Of a stretch of DNA of 64,000 nt, positions 32,097 to 42,778 are shown one piece after another. The position numbers and the translations under genes were made by a program. Source of the stretch: Gammaproteobacteria bacterium (GTDB lineage Bacteria > Pseudomonadota > Gammaproteobacteria > CBDBNL01 > JAAOII01); contig OZ242372.1 of assembly GCA_965209035.1 (NCBI GenBank), positions 448,001 through 512,000 of the forward strand. Reading direction: 5' to 3'. Positions within the stretch are counted from its first letter, which is position 1; every line of letters starts with the position of its first letter. A model generated the notes under the pieces. The model was given only the letters and a program-made list of their open reading frames with translations. It did no database searches and was not told the DNA's origin.

Positions 32097-32849
32097 TTAT
32101 GACAGATGCTGACCGGAGTCTATGTAAAGCACCTGTCCTGTCACAGTCTTGGCATCTAACAGGTAACCCAGGCCCGCCGCCAAACTCTCCGGCGGGCTCG
32201 GTATTCTCAACGGAGAACCGCGAACCACCGCATCAAAGTCGGCGGCGGACGCACCGGGTGCCGGCAATGCCGGTCCCGGTGCCAACGCATTCACGCGAAT
32301 TGCCGGTGCCAGACTTCGGGCGGTGATGCGTGTCAAATGATGCAGGGCCTGTTTCCCGAGCGTGTAAACACAATAATTCTTGGCAACCTTACCGGGTGCG
32401 ATGCGCGTATCCAAAATGTTGACGATCAAAGCATCCGTTCTCTCTTTTCGGTCATTCTGTTCGCTCTCGCCAAGAACTTGTTTTGCAAACGCCTGTGACA
32501 AAAAGAACGGCGTGCGGAAATTGACTGTCATATCGTAGTCAAACTGCTCTTCGGTTGTGTGCATAAAATCCTGCGGATTAAAAACCGATACATTGTTGAT
32601 CAAAACATCCGCGGACCCCATAGACCGAACAACCCGCGGGATTAAGTCCGCGACTTCCGCCGCGGAAGACAAATCAGCCCGAAAACATTCGGAGTTCGGC
32701 GAGTATTTTTTTAATTCGGCGAGGGTCCTCTCCGCCATTTCCGCGCTGCGATGATAATGCAACGCAACGGCATAACCGCGTTTTGCCAAACACATAGCAA
32801 GGCTGCGACCAATTCTCTTAACCGCCCCCGTCACCAAAGCAACCTTCAT
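32097..32849 (-). CDS. Pteridine reductase/FolM-like SDR
   Basis: ALVTGAVKRIG, ALHYHRS, LINN.S.F, YTLGK, RVNALAPG and TGQVLYIDSG. Confidence 0.85.
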   Translation of the reverse strand: MKVALVTGAVKRIGRSLAMCLAKRGYAVALHYHRSAEMAERTLAELKKYSPNSECFRADLSSAAEVADLIPRVVRSMGSADVLINNVSVFNPQDFMHTTEEQFDYDMTVNFRTPFFLSQAFAKQVLGESEQNDRKERTDALIVNILDTRIAPGKVAKNYCVYTLGKQALHHLTRITARSLAPAIRVNALAPGPALPAPGASAADFDAVVRGSPLRIPSPPESLAAGLGYLLDAKTVTGQVLYIDSGQHLS

Positions 32850-32989
32850 AAAGATAATTATAGGAAACCCCAAAATACCGCCTCCCCAAATACCGCCTCA
32901 TTGCCCGACTCGGAGATTATTAATGCACGGAGATGCATTAATATAATCAATAATAAAAACGATTCATACCGCCGACTGCGGCAAGAACG

Positions 32990-34372
32990 CTAAAAGGTAA
33001 CCAGTTCCTCCGCCAAAGTCGGGTGAATCGCGATGGTCTTGTTTAAATCTTCGAGACGCATTCCCTTGCCAAAAACAACGGCAAATCCTTGCATGATCTC
33101 AGAAACATGCTCACCCGCCAAATGAATACCCAAAACGGTATGGTCTTTTTTATGATACACAATCTTAATGAAAGATCGCACCGGATTGGCTGCCAGGCTG
33201 TATCTGAGCGAAGTGATATTCTTCATCAGACTGCCCACATTCTCCGTGCCATGCTGACTCTCCGCCTGTTCCGCGCTCAAGCCCAGAGTGGCAACTTCCG
33301 GCTTGCAAAAAACGGCACTTGCCGTTTCGGTGCGGATGTACCCGGCGGAGACCTTCTCTTTGCCAAACCTTTGCCGGACAAAGATTTCCGCTTCGGCAAT
33401 TGCAACAGGCGTCAGGCTTAAGTTATCCGTAACATCCCCCAAAGCAAAAATATTGGGGACGGATGTTTGAAAATTAGTATGCACCCGAATGGCACCCGAA
33501 TCGGTGAGAGCAATACCCGCTTTCTCGAGTCTCAGGCTCGCCGTATTGGGAATGCGTCCTATGGCGAACAAAACACTGTCCGCGCAGATACTCCGCTCTG
33601 TGTTTGTGTTCCCCGCGCTCGTCTCCGCTTCCGCCCCCGTCTGTTGAGAGATTTGGACTTTAACGCCCCGCTCCCCATTCCGACTCACCGAAAGGACATT
33701 TGTATTCGGCAACCGGTGAATTTTTTGCGGCATCTGCTCTGCCACAAACAGAGACAATTCCGCGTCGAACTCGGTTAGGAGTCGTTCGGCACGATAAACC
33801 AAAAAGACCTCGATTCCCAATGCGGAAAGAATACAGGCAAACTCCAATGCAATATAGCCGCCGCCAACGATGACCATAGAACGCGGCAGCCGCTCCAACC
33901 GAAACATATCATCGGATGTGAGGATAAATTCATGCCCCGGTATTTCGGGAATACGCGGTTTGCCACCCGTGGCAATTAAAACGGTCTTTGCCCGGCACAC
34001 TTTTTTATCCAACAAAACCTCTTTGTCGGAGAGAAATTGGGCTTCGGCTTCCACAGTATGCACGCCGGCATCCGCAAGAACTTTTTTGTAGAGCCCCGCC
34101 AGTTGGCGCGTTTTAGCCGTAATCCTGTCGCGCAAAAGAGACCAATTCGGACGAAGATCCCGGCTTTCCCAACCATAGGAAGATGCGAGTGTCGCATCGC
34201 CAAACTCGGCTGCGATAACAAGAAGTTTTTTTGGCACACAACCCGCATTGACACAGGTCCCTCCCCAGTGCCGCTTTTCGGCAATTGCAACCTTGAAGCC
34301 CTTCTCCGCCGCCTTGCGTGCGGCACGCACGCCGCCTGACCCGCCGCCGATCACCAAAAGATCAAATTGCAT
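32990..34372 (-). CDS. gor: Glutathione-disulfide reductase
   Basis: GGGSGG, GGTCVNAGCVPKK, GGGYIA.E, LTPVAI and IHPT.AEE motifs. Confidence 0.92.
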   Translation of the reverse strand: MQFDLLVIGGGSGGVRAARKAAEKGFKVAIAEKRHWGGTCVNAGCVPKKLLVIAAEFGDATLASSYGWESRDLRPNWSLLRDRITAKTRQLAGLYKKVLADAGVHTVEAEAQFLSDKEVLLDKKVCRAKTVLIATGGKPRIPEIPGHEFILTSDDMFRLERLPRSMVIVGGGYIALEFACILSALGIEVFLVYRAERLLTEFDAELSLFVAEQMPQKIHRLPNTNVLSVSRNGERGVKVQISQQTGAEAETSAGNTNTERSICADSVLFAIGRIPNTASLRLEKAGIALTDSGAIRVHTNFQTSVPNIFALGDVTDNLSLTPVAIAEAEIFVRQRFGKEKVSAGYIRTETASAVFCKPEVATLGLSAEQAESQHGTENVGSLMKNITSLRYSLAANPVRSFIKIVYHKKDHTVLGIHLAGEHVSEIMQGFAVVFGKGMRLEDLNKTIAIHPTLAEELVTF

Positions 34373-34395
34373 CTTCGGTAAGCCGGCGATTCTGC

Positions 34396-35145
34396 TTAGT
34401 GTGCCAGGATTTGATTAAGAAATTCTTTTGTTCTCGAACTTTTCGGGTGATCAAAGAACTCTTGCGGCGGATTGCTCTCCACAATTTCGCCGTTGTCCAT
34501 AAAAACAATACATGAAGCCACTTTTCTGGCAAACCCCATTTCGTGCGTCACGACCACCATCGTCATACCTGCTTCGGCAAGTTCAATCATAATATCCAGA
34601 ACTTCGGAAATCATTTCGGGATCCAACGCGGATGTCGGCTCGTCAAACAACATCACCTTGGGATTCATACAAAGGCTGCGCGCAATTGCCACTCTTTGCT
34701 GCTGACCGCCGGAAAGTTGCCCCGGAAACTTGTTTGCCTGTTCGGAAATTTTGACCTGTTCAAGATATCCCATTGCCACTTCTTCCGCTTCTTTTTTTGC
34801 CATCTTACGTACCCAAATTGGCGCAAGTGTCAGGTTCTGAATAATCGTCAAGTGCGGAAAAAGATTAAAGTGCTGAAACACCATACCAACTTCTCGGCGC
34901 ACCATATCAATTTTTTTAATATCCTCGGTCAATTCCACGCCATTGACTACGATCTTTCCTTTTTGATGTTCTTCCAATTTATTAATGCAACGAATGAGTG
35001 TGGATTTTCCCGAACCGGAAGGACCGCAAATAACGATCTTTTCCCCTTTTTCAACTTGCATGTCTATGTCTTTGAGGACATGAAAATCCCCGTACCACTT
35101 ATTCAGTTTTTCAACCCGAATGATGGCGGCTTCTATTTTTTTCAT
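34396..35145 (-). CDS. aapP: General L-amino acid ABC transporter ATPase
   Basis: [22 protein letters not shown] and [11 protein letters not shown]. Confidence 0.9.
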   Translation of the reverse strand: MKKIEAAIIRVEKLNKWYGDFHVLKDIDMQVEKGEKIVICGPSGSGKSTLIRCINKLEEHQKGKIVVNGVELTEDIKKIDMVRREVGMVFQHFNLFPHLTIIQNLTLAPIWVRKMAKKEAEEVAMGYLEQVKISEQANKFPGQLSGGQQQRVAIARSLCMNPKVMLFDEPTSALDPEMISEVLDIMIELAEAGMTMVVVTHEMGFARKVASCIVFMDNGEIVESNPPQEFFDHPKSSRTKEFLNQILAH

Positions 35146-35173
35146 AGTAAATATTCCCAATTATTAATTAAAA

Positions 35174-36295
35174 TCATCTCTTCTCGGCCGAGGAAAGCCG
35201 CTTCTCTATGGATTGGCTATACCGTGACATACTGAAACAAAAAATCCAATAAATGAGCGCGGCAAACACAAATGCCTCGATAGAATACTTCAGCCACTCG
35301 GGGTTACGCGTGGCACCATAGGATGTGTGCAAAAGATCCCACATGCCGATAATATATACCAAAGAAGTATCTTTGAACAGGGCAATCAATGTGTTCACTA
35401 TTCCCGGAATCACCAATTTCAATGCCTGTGGCAATATGATAAAGGTCACCTTCTTCCAATAGGTCAAACCCAAGGCATCCGCCGCCTCATACTGCCCTCT
35501 GGGTATGGCCTGAAGACCACCGCGGATAACCTCCGCCATATAAGCGGATTGAAACAGCGTGATCCCGATGAGGGCCCGCGAAAGTTTGTCATATTGTGTT
35601 CCTTCCGGGAAAAACAGGGGTAACATCACAGACGCCATAAAAAGAACCGTAATCAAAGGGACGCCGCGCCAAAACTCAATAAACATCACACAGACCACAC
35701 GAATGAACGGCATATTCTCAGAGCGTCTTCCCAACGCCAAGAAAATTCCAATCGGAATAGAAGCCACCATGCCGACACTGGCAAGAATGATCGTCAGCAT
35801 AAAGCCACCCCATTTGTCGGTCCCAACCACAGGATCAATGAATGCCCAACCAAACAAAGCGCCCTGAATCAGCCCGTAAGCGACAAAAGGATAAATGATC
35901 AGCAAAATACCGCCAATCATCAGCCGACCGCGCATCGAAATTTGCTTCACAAACAACAATGCCAACAGCAACACCCCAATAAGACCCGCCACATTAGGAC
36001 GCCATAATTGATCTTGCGGATAAAACCCGTAAGCAATAAAATTAAAAGTCTCCTTAACGAACACCCAGCATGCCCCGCTCTTAACGCAATCGTCTCCGCT
36101 GTCGCCAAACCAGTTCGCATTGATGAATGCCCAAGAAGCAATGCCCGATACGCTGATATAGATTAACCAAACCGCGAAGACCGTCATCAAAATATTTGCC
36201 GGGCCGGACAAGAGGTTGCGATACACCCAACCCACGGGACCGGTATCCCCCTGCAATCTGACACGCAGAATTTTCAAATTTTCACGCTTAATCAT
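35174..36295 (-). CDS. aapM: General L-amino acid ABC transporter permease
   Basis: GACW, RGVPLI..LF and AEVIRGGLQAIP.GQYEAA. Confidence 0.88.
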   Translation of the reverse strand: MIKRENLKILRVRLQGDTGPVGWVYRNLLSGPANILMTVFAVWLIYISVSGIASWAFINANWFGDSGDDCVKSGACWVFVKETFNFIAYGFYPQDQLWRPNVAGLIGVLLLALLFVKQISMRGRLMIGGILLIIYPFVAYGLIQGALFGWAFIDPVVGTDKWGGFMLTIILASVGMVASIPIGIFLALGRRSENMPFIRVVCVMFIEFWRGVPLITVLFMASVMLPLFFPEGTQYDKLSRALIGITLFQSAYMAEVIRGGLQAIPRGQYEAADALGLTYWKKVTFIILPQALKLVIPGIVNTLIALFKDTSLVYIIGMWDLLHTSYGATRNPEWLKYSIEAFVFAALIYWIFCFSMSRYSQSIEKRLSSAEKR

Positions 36296-36363
36296 TGAGT
36301 CTTTATTAATTATTTAATAATTGTATCTTTTTAATAAAATATCTTTTATATTCTTGATGGTCG

Positions 36364-37545
36364 TTATCTTTCAACCAAGGCAATCCGCTTGTTATACCAA
36401 TTCATCAATGCCGATGTCAACAAACTAAGAAACAAGTAAACCAACATCGTCATCAAAATAATTTCCACCGCCTTGCCGGTTTGATTGAGTGCGGTACCGG
36501 CAAAAACCGACACCAGATCCGGATATCCGATTGCGGTGGCCAAAGAAGAGTTCTTGGTTAAATTTAAATACTGGCTGGTCTGCGGCGGAATGATGACACG
36601 CAATGCCTGCGGTATGATCACCAACCTTAAAGTCTGCCAACGATTCAAACCCAAAGAAAGAGATGCCTCTGTTTGCCCGTGGGAAACCGCCAAAACACCT
36701 CCTCGCACATTCTCGGCAATAAAAGCACCCGTATAAACGGACAAGGCAAACAAAAGAGCCGCCAACTCCGGGATGATGGCAATGCCGCCGGTATAACCAA
36801 AAGTTCCCGGTGTCGGAAATTCATAGGTTACCGGCGAGCCAAATAGCCAATAAACTAAAAACGGAAGAATAATGCAGAGAGACAAAGTTGGCAAAAAAAG
36901 CGGCAATTGTTTGCCGGTCTTTGCCTGTTTGATGCGAGCGTATCGGGAATAGCCATAAGATAAAAAACAGCCAATCAAAAAAGTGACGACCACATAAATA
37001 AAATCGGGCGCATACAGGGGTTTTGGAAAAAACAACCCTTTTTTATTGAGGATCAATCCGCCGCCAACCCCCACGATACTCTCCTTAAAATCCGGTAAAA
37101 AAGGAACCAGAATAGCAAAATACCAAAACATGATTTGCAACAACAGCGGTATATTGCGAAATATTTCTACGTATGCGGCTGCCAAGCGGGCAACCAACCA
37201 ATTTGGCGAAAGACGAGCCAGACCTATGATAAAACCGATAATTGTTGCAAAAATAATTCCCAGCACAGCCACCAAAATCGTATTCAAAAGACCTATGTAA
37301 AAAGTCCAGAGATACGAATCCGCCGACGAATTGTAGTCCAAGAAAGGACTCATTAAAATAGGAAATCCCGCCTCGGAGGTGAGGAAAGAAAAACCGGTCT
37401 GAATTCCTCGCTTCTCCATGTTGTAAAGAGTGTTGTCGAATATAGACCAACACAGAAAAATAAGAGCCCCTACCAGAAGAATCTGATACACTATGGAACG
37501 CACGCGCGGGTTCCGATAAAGAGCAAGCAGTTTGGAGAAAAACAC
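36364..37545 (-). CDS. aapQ: General L-amino acid ABC transporter permease
   Basis: GF.FL...AGF, RNIPLLLQ and YLNLTKNSSLA.AIGYPD. Confidence 0.88.
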   Translation of the reverse strand: MFFSKLLALYRNPRVRSIVYQILLVGALIFLCWSIFDNTLYNMEKRGIQTGFSFLTSEAGFPILMSPFLDYNSSADSYLWTFYIGLLNTILVAVLGIIFATIIGFIIGLARLSPNWLVARLAAAYVEIFRNIPLLLQIMFWYFAILVPFLPDFKESIVGVGGGLILNKKGLFFPKPLYAPDFIYVVVTFLIGCFLSYGYSRYARIKQAKTGKQLPLFLPTLSLCIILPFLVYWLFGSPVTYEFPTPGTFGYTGGIAIIPELAALLFALSVYTGAFIAENVRGGVLAVSHGQTEASLSLGLNRWQTLRLVIIPQALRVIIPPQTSQYLNLTKNSSLATAIGYPDLVSVFAGTALNQTGKAVEIILMTMLVYLFLSLLTSALMNWYNKRIALVER

Positions 37546-37581
37546 GTTCTTAATTTTTATACGCGAATTTTAATAGAAAGC

Positions 37582-37616
37582 AAAAAAGGCGGGAGCCCGT
37601 ACGGACTCCCCGCCTT
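37582..37616 (-). terminator. Stem-loop/terminator after aapJ
   Basis: The reverse strand reads AAGGCGGGGAGTCC-gtac-GGGCTCCCGCCTTTTTT. Confidence 0.75.
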
Positions 37617-37635
37617 ATTGCAGTGAACGATTGTC

Positions 37636-38700
37636 TTATCGGATCGGCGGCGCGTACATAATACCGCCTTTTGACCAAAGTTGATTGACGCCGCGCGGAA
37701 GATTCAACAAGGAATCTTTGCCCACATTGCGATCAAACAGTTCGCCGTAATTGCCGACCTGCTTAACAATGTTGTAGGCCCAATCGGCACCCAGGTTCAA
37801 AGCTTTACCGGTTTCCCCTTCCGTGCCAAGAAGGCGACGGATATTGGGATTGTCCGTTCCGCTTTTCATCTGATCCACATTGGAAGAGGTGACATCATAC
37901 TCTTCGGCATTAACCAAAGCGTTCATGGTCCATTTCACAATATTGAACCATTCGTCGTCACCCTGACGGACAACAGGCCCCAGAGGCTCTTTGGAAATGA
38001 CTTCCGGCAAGACCACGGCACCATCCGGATCCGCCAACTGAATGCGTATGGCAGCCAGTTGCGATTGATCGCTGGTAAGAACATCACAACGACCCGTATC
38101 AAAACCTTCTTTGGTTTGAACCGAAGTATCGTAAGTAATGGATTCGTAAGACATTCCGTTAATGCGAAAATAATCCGCCAAGTTAAGTTCGGTTGTTGTG
38201 CCGGCCTGGATACAAACCGAGGCACCGTCAAGAGCAAGGGCATTTGTAACACCCAGATCTCTCTTAACCAAAAAGCCTTGGCCGTCGTAATAGTTAACGC
38301 CGGCAAAGTTAAGTCCCAACGTAGCGTCACGCGTGATTGTCCAGGTTGTATTGCGCACCAGAACATCTACCTCACCCGAGGCAAGAGCGGTAAAACGCTC
38401 TTTTGCTGTCAGAGCCACGAACCGAACCTTATTGGCATCACCGAGTACCGACGCGGCAATCGCCCGACAGGTATCCGCGTCCAGTCCGGCCATTCTGCCG
38501 TTGGCATCGGGTGCGGAAAATCCCGGCAAGCCGCCGTCGATACCGCATATTAACATCCCGCGTGCCTTAACGACATCCAGGGTAGATTGAGCGGCCGGTT
38601 CGGCCGCGTCTTCTTGAGCGGCCTGTTTGGGCGCACAGCCCAAAACAACGACACTCGCAAGTATTGCAAGTAATAACCCTTGCATTTGTTTTATGTTCAT
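37636..38700 (-). CDS. aapJ: General L-amino acid ABC transporter substrate-binding protein (lipoprotein-like)
   Basis: RNTTWT..RD, YYDGQGF, GTTTELNL, ISKEPLGP.VR.GD and YAPPIR; lipobox-like VLGC. Confidence 0.92.
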   Translation of the reverse strand: MNIKQMQGLLLAILASVVVLGCAPKQAAQEDAAEPAAQSTLDVVKARGMLICGIDGGLPGFSAPDANGRMAGLDADTCRAIAASVLGDANKVRFVALTAKERFTALASGEVDVLVRNTTWTITRDATLGLNFAGVNYYDGQGFLVKRDLGVTNALALDGASVCIQAGTTTELNLADYFRINGMSYESITYDTSVQTKEGFDTGRCDVLTSDQSQLAAIRIQLADPDGAVVLPEVISKEPLGPVVRQGDDEWFNIVKWTMNALVNAEEYDVTSSNVDQMKSGTDNPNIRRLLGTEGETGKALNLGADWAYNIVKQVGNYGELFDRNVGKDSLLNLPRGVNQLWSKGGIMYAPPIR

Positions 38701-39180
38701 AATTTTCTTGTCCTTTAGTAAAAAGTAAAATAATATAAATTTCTATGTATTGTAAGACGCTTAATTAAGAAATGATTGCCAAAATGCATCATTCGTATCC
38801 GTTTTGTACTTTTCTCTTTATTATCCGAATAGGACCCACTATTGGAAATCCGGCCGATTTTCCCAAGTCCGCGGTGCGTTTTTGCAGCGCGGTGTCAGCG
38901 GTTTTTGCACCAATTACCCCAAAAGGTTCGCAACCGCCATCCGCACTATTAAAGCGGGTATGTGCCAAGTAAAGCCGGTATGTGCCAAGCCAAAATTAAG
39001 GACACATTATTAAAGACCCATTAAAAACCCAAGTCCGCGGTGTGTTTTCAGTTCGGCTTGCCATATAATATGTTTTATGTTAGCGAAGTTAAGGATTGGC
39101 AGCTCTTGTTTCCCGCCCGGTTAAACGGACCTATCATTTAATTATTATTTTTTAAACGAAAACATTTACAACAACATTTA

Positions 39181-41454
39181 ATGATGCATTCTATTTTTTC
39201 TCACCGGCAGGAAGGTGCTTCCCGGAAGCATCATCTTATGCCGATAGCCTACGGGCATTCATTCACTCCGGCCGGACATTTCTTTGCGGCTCTGCCCTTG
39301 TTATTCCTATTCCTATTCCTTCCCGCATGCGGCGGAACATCCGGCGGCGGTGGCGGCCCCCAGCCGCCCGGTGTTCCGGGTGTGATCGGACTGACGGTTA
39401 TTCCCGACTCGGAAAGTTTGCAGGTCAGTTGGACCAATCCGAATATAGATAGCATCACGGGGTTTGACATTACTTGGCAACGGACGCACGATGCAGATGG
39501 TGATGCGGTGACAGAGGCCGCGTCTTTTAATAAGAAGAATACCCAAACCGAGGCGGGTGTCAATGCCTCTTATCGGATTCGAGATGTACTTGACAATCAT
39601 GTCTATACGATCTCTGTGACGGTGTTGACTGTCAATGGAAGTTCCGCCGCAAGGAGTCTGCCCGATCGTGTGCCGGGTCCCAACATGGACAACGACCAAC
39701 TGGCGGACCATCTGGATAATTGCCCGACGCTGGCAAATTCCGACCAAGCGAACGAAGACAATGACAGCTTGGGAGATGTCTGTGAGGATGCGGACGATGA
39801 TAAAATTTTCGATGGGATAGACAACTGCCCGGCAGATTTCAATCCGCAGCAGGAGAATGTGAACAACGACGGTGAAGGGGATGCCTGCGAAACCGATGCG
39901 GCCCAACGGCCGGCAACAGGGGGTGTGATGGATCCAATAGTCATACCGGGCGAAGAGAGTTTGTCCCTTGCTTGGACGAACCCGGCCGGTTTTATTACCG
40001 CCTTTAATATCGGCTGGGTTAATGCGGACGATCCGGGCGATACCGGCATGGACAGCATAGATACGTTTTCTGAACAGACGAATACCAATTCCGAGACGAG
40101 TTCAAGTTTTGCCATATCGCCTCTTACGAATAACACCAATTACAACATCACCATTACCTTGATGGCGGATGCCGACAACTCATATTCCACAGAAGTCCTT
40201 GAGGCGACGACCGGGGTGAACGGGGACGGTGACACAATATTGGCTGCCGATGACAACTGCCCGACAATAGCGAACTCCGACCAATCTAATCAGGACACAG
40301 ACTCGGCGGGTGATGCCTGTGATGTCGATGACGATAACGATGGCTTGATAGAAATTCGCACGGCGGCCGAACTGGACAACATCCGCCATAATCTGGCAGG
40401 CACGGGCTACACACAGGATGACGGCGAAGAGACGAACTCCGCAGGCTGTCCCGTCGACTCGTGCCACGGCTATGAACTCACGGCGAATATCTCGCTGGCT
40501 GGGATGCATTGGATTCCTGTCGGGGGCGATGCGAATGATGAACGCTTCACGGCAGACTTTGACGGTAACGGGAATGTGATCTCTAATGTGACCATAACAA
40601 GCGCAGGGGGTGTTCTGGGGAGTCGCACTTATATCGGGTTCTTTGCGAGAATGAACGGGGCAACCATCAAGAACCTTGGTATGATGATAGAAAGGCTAGT
40701 CGTGGAAGGTGATGCAGTTTTTGTTGGTGGCCTGAGTGGCCATATGGAAAATACTGAAGTTATGAATTCTTATGTTATTTTTTCGGATGTTCTTTCTATT
40801 AAAAATGCTGCATCAGGTCCCCTTGTTGGTGGTTTGAGCGGCACAATGAATGGCAATCTCACAGTGGAAAGAGTTTATACAGTCCTCCCAAATAATCTTT
40901 CTATCACGAAAGCTCCAGGCCTAATCCCTTTTGTTCTGCAGATAGGAGGTATATTTGGAGGTATTAGTCTTGTTGCTGTTCCTATGCCATATCCGATATC
41001 GATTAATAATTCTTATGTCATTTACCGGGATGCTCCTATGTTTTCAACAACGGGTACTTTGCGTGCCTTCCTATACGGTTTTGGGGTACCTCTTGAGCGC
41101 TTGGAAAACTCCTATGTATTTTTTGAAGGCGATTTATCCATTACACAGCCGAAGATAACCTCCAACTTGAATATCTTACCGCCTTCGGCGCGTTCTTCTT
41201 ATTTCAATGCCCGCACAGACACGGGCAACTCAAACTATCGCACCCTGCCGCAACTCCGCTGCCCGACCGGCCCGGACGCAACCTGTGACGGTGCAGATGG
41301 GAGTTTGGAAGGCACCAACACCACCTATGCCGACTGGGATGCGAGTATCTGGGACTTTGGCGATGAAAATACTTTGCCGACCCTGCGGGGCATTCCGCCC
41401 TGCCCGGCGGGCTATCCTTACGATGAGTGTCGTTTCGGCAGGTCCCCCGAATAA
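39181..41454 (+). CDS. Surface lipoprotein with two FN3-like domains, thrombospondin type-3 repeats and a GLUG-like beta-helix
   Basis: Lipobox LPAC plus Gly linker; VSWTNP/LAWTNP FN3-like starts; DNCP...N.DQ...D.D..GD.C repeats; DDDNDGLIEI, GYEL, FDGNG..I and VGGL.G repeats. Confidence 0.8.
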   Translation: MMHSIFSHRQEGASRKHHLMPIAYGHSFTPAGHFFAALPLLFLFLFLPACGGTSGGGGGPQPPGVPGVIGLTVIPDSESLQVSWTNPNIDSITGFDITWQRTHDADGDAVTEAASFNKKNTQTEAGVNASYRIRDVLDNHVYTISVTVLTVNGSSAARSLPDRVPGPNMDNDQLADHLDNCPTLANSDQANEDNDSLGDVCEDADDDKIFDGIDNCPADFNPQQENVNNDGEGDACETDAAQRPATGGVMDPIVIPGEESLSLAWTNPAGFITAFNIGWVNADDPGDTGMDSIDTFSEQTNTNSETSSSFAISPLTNNTNYNITITLMADADNSYSTEVLEATTGVNGDGDTILAADDNCPTIANSDQSNQDTDSAGDACDVDDDNDGLIEIRTAAELDNIRHNLAGTGYTQDDGEETNSAGCPVDSCHGYELTANISLAGMHWIPVGGDANDERFTADFDGNGNVISNVTITSAGGVLGSRTYIGFFARMNGATIKNLGMMIERLVVEGDAVFVGGLSGHMENTEVMNSYVIFSDVLSIKNAASGPLVGGLSGTMNGNLTVERVYTVLPNNLSITKAPGLIPFVLQIGGIFGGISLVAVPMPYPISINNSYVIYRDAPMFSTTGTLRAFLYGFGVPLERLENSYVFFEGDLSITQPKITSNLNILPPSARSSYFNARTDTGNSNYRTLPQLRCPTGPDATCDGADGSLEGTNTTYADWDASIWDFGDENTLPTLRGIPPCPAGYPYDECRFGRSPE

Positions 41455-41975
41455 CCGAATAGCGAATCACTAAACGGCTTCTAAATACGAAATATCGGGA
41501 ATGCCGGGAATATCGCGGCTTGGTCGGTGCATAAAGTTCATCAAGCCATAAAGCCCGTAAAGTAGAGGACAACGATTACGCAGACAACCGGACGGGGTTG
41601 GGCTAATATTAAAAAGTCATCACTCATTTATCAAATATAAGCCCTCTTGTTCCCCCGTTCGGTTGTCTTTTTTTAAGATGCCGCTGCGCGGCCGGCGGTG
41701 ATGGTGAGCCGAAATATCCGCCGCTGTGAGTGAGGATGCAAAACTTTCTTTGGTCCCATCTTTGCAAGTCTTCCATGCCCGCAATGCCCGCAAGCACAAA
41801 CAACCCTCGCCAATTTAATTCTTGCAAAAACAACCCTCGCCAATTTAATTCGGACAAAAACAACAGAGGTCCGGCAATGGGCGAGATGATACGGAATCAT
41901 ACATCCGCCACAAGGTACGTACAAGCAAGTAAGCAAAGCAAGCAAGTTGTCTTAAAATATTGGGTATTGATCCAT

Positions 41976-42485
41976 ATGAACTATCCGGAACCCATAAAAA
42001 AACTAGTTAACGAGATTGCCCAAATAATGAAAAAACACAAGGCACACCTCGTCACTGTGGAATCCTGCACCGGCGGTGGCATCGGTTTTTTTTGCACGCA
42101 AGTTGCCGGCGCATCCCAATGGTATGAACGCGGCCATATCACCTACCAAAACAAGGCAAAACAGGATATCGGTGTCCCCGAACAAGTTTTGCAGCGGCAC
42201 GGCGCGGTTAGCTCGGAATGTGCCCGGGCCATGGCACTTGCCTCACTAAAAGATTTCGGCCCCAACTATTATGCTCTCTCCGTAACCGGTATTGCCGGCC
42301 CCGAAGGCGGCAGTGTCGAAAAGCCGGTCGGCACAGTCTGCTTTGGGTGGGCGGAATCCGCCGCCGGATCCTGTAAAACGGATACGATGCTATTTGAGGG
42401 CGACCGGGAGGCCATTCGCATGCAGTCGATTGTTCACGCATTGCAAGGATTAAAGGCATTTGTCCGGCAGCATCCGGCAATATAA
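41976..42485 (+). CDS. CinA C-terminal family (NMN deamidase PncC-like)
   Basis: ESCTGG, GAVS.E.A..MA and TGIAGP.GG...KPVGTV. ATG start at 41976. Confidence 0.9.
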   Translation: MNYPEPIKKLVNEIAQIMKKHKAHLVTVESCTGGGIGFFCTQVAGASQWYERGHITYQNKAKQDIGVPEQVLQRHGAVSSECARAMALASLKDFGPNYYALSVTGIAGPEGGSVEKPVGTVCFGWAESAAGSCKTDTMLFEGDREAIRMQSIVHALQGLKAFVRQHPAI

Positions 42486-42637
42486 TGCATAATGCCAAAT
42501 TGCCCAAAATAAGCCGTATTTTTTATGCCCTTCCCTGCTTTCTCGGTATATAATTAAAGTCAGTTCCGAATGATTGAAAAAACTGACAGTAATTGTAGAT
42601 GCAAGCAAACAAATCAAAGATAAGATAAAAAAATAAA

Positions 42638-42772
42638 ATGAAAAGAACATTTCAACCGAGTAATATCAAACGCAAGCGCACCCACGGATTTCGGGTGCGG
42701 ATGCGAACGCGCTCCGGGCGTGCCATCCTCAACCGCAGAAGAGCCAAAGGCAGAGTGCGACTCAGTGCTTAA
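42638..42772 (+). CDS. rpmH: 50S ribosomal protein L34 (not in the ORF track)
   Basis: Translates [44 protein letters not shown]. Confidence 0.97.
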   Translation: MKRTFQPSNIKRKRTHGFRVRMRTRSGRAILNRRRAKGRVRLSA

Positions 42773-42778
42773 TGCCTC

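Noticed and set aside
41676-41740. 6S RNA-like words (GGTGATG..TGAGCCGA, GCAGCGGCATC on the reverse strand)
   Set aside because: The CTTGAAC/GTTCAAG element and end-to-end pairing of 6S are absent.
41730-41975. 82-aa N-terminal extension of the CinA-family ORF
   Set aside because: It runs through a 30-bp tandem duplication. Homology starts at the ATG at 41976.
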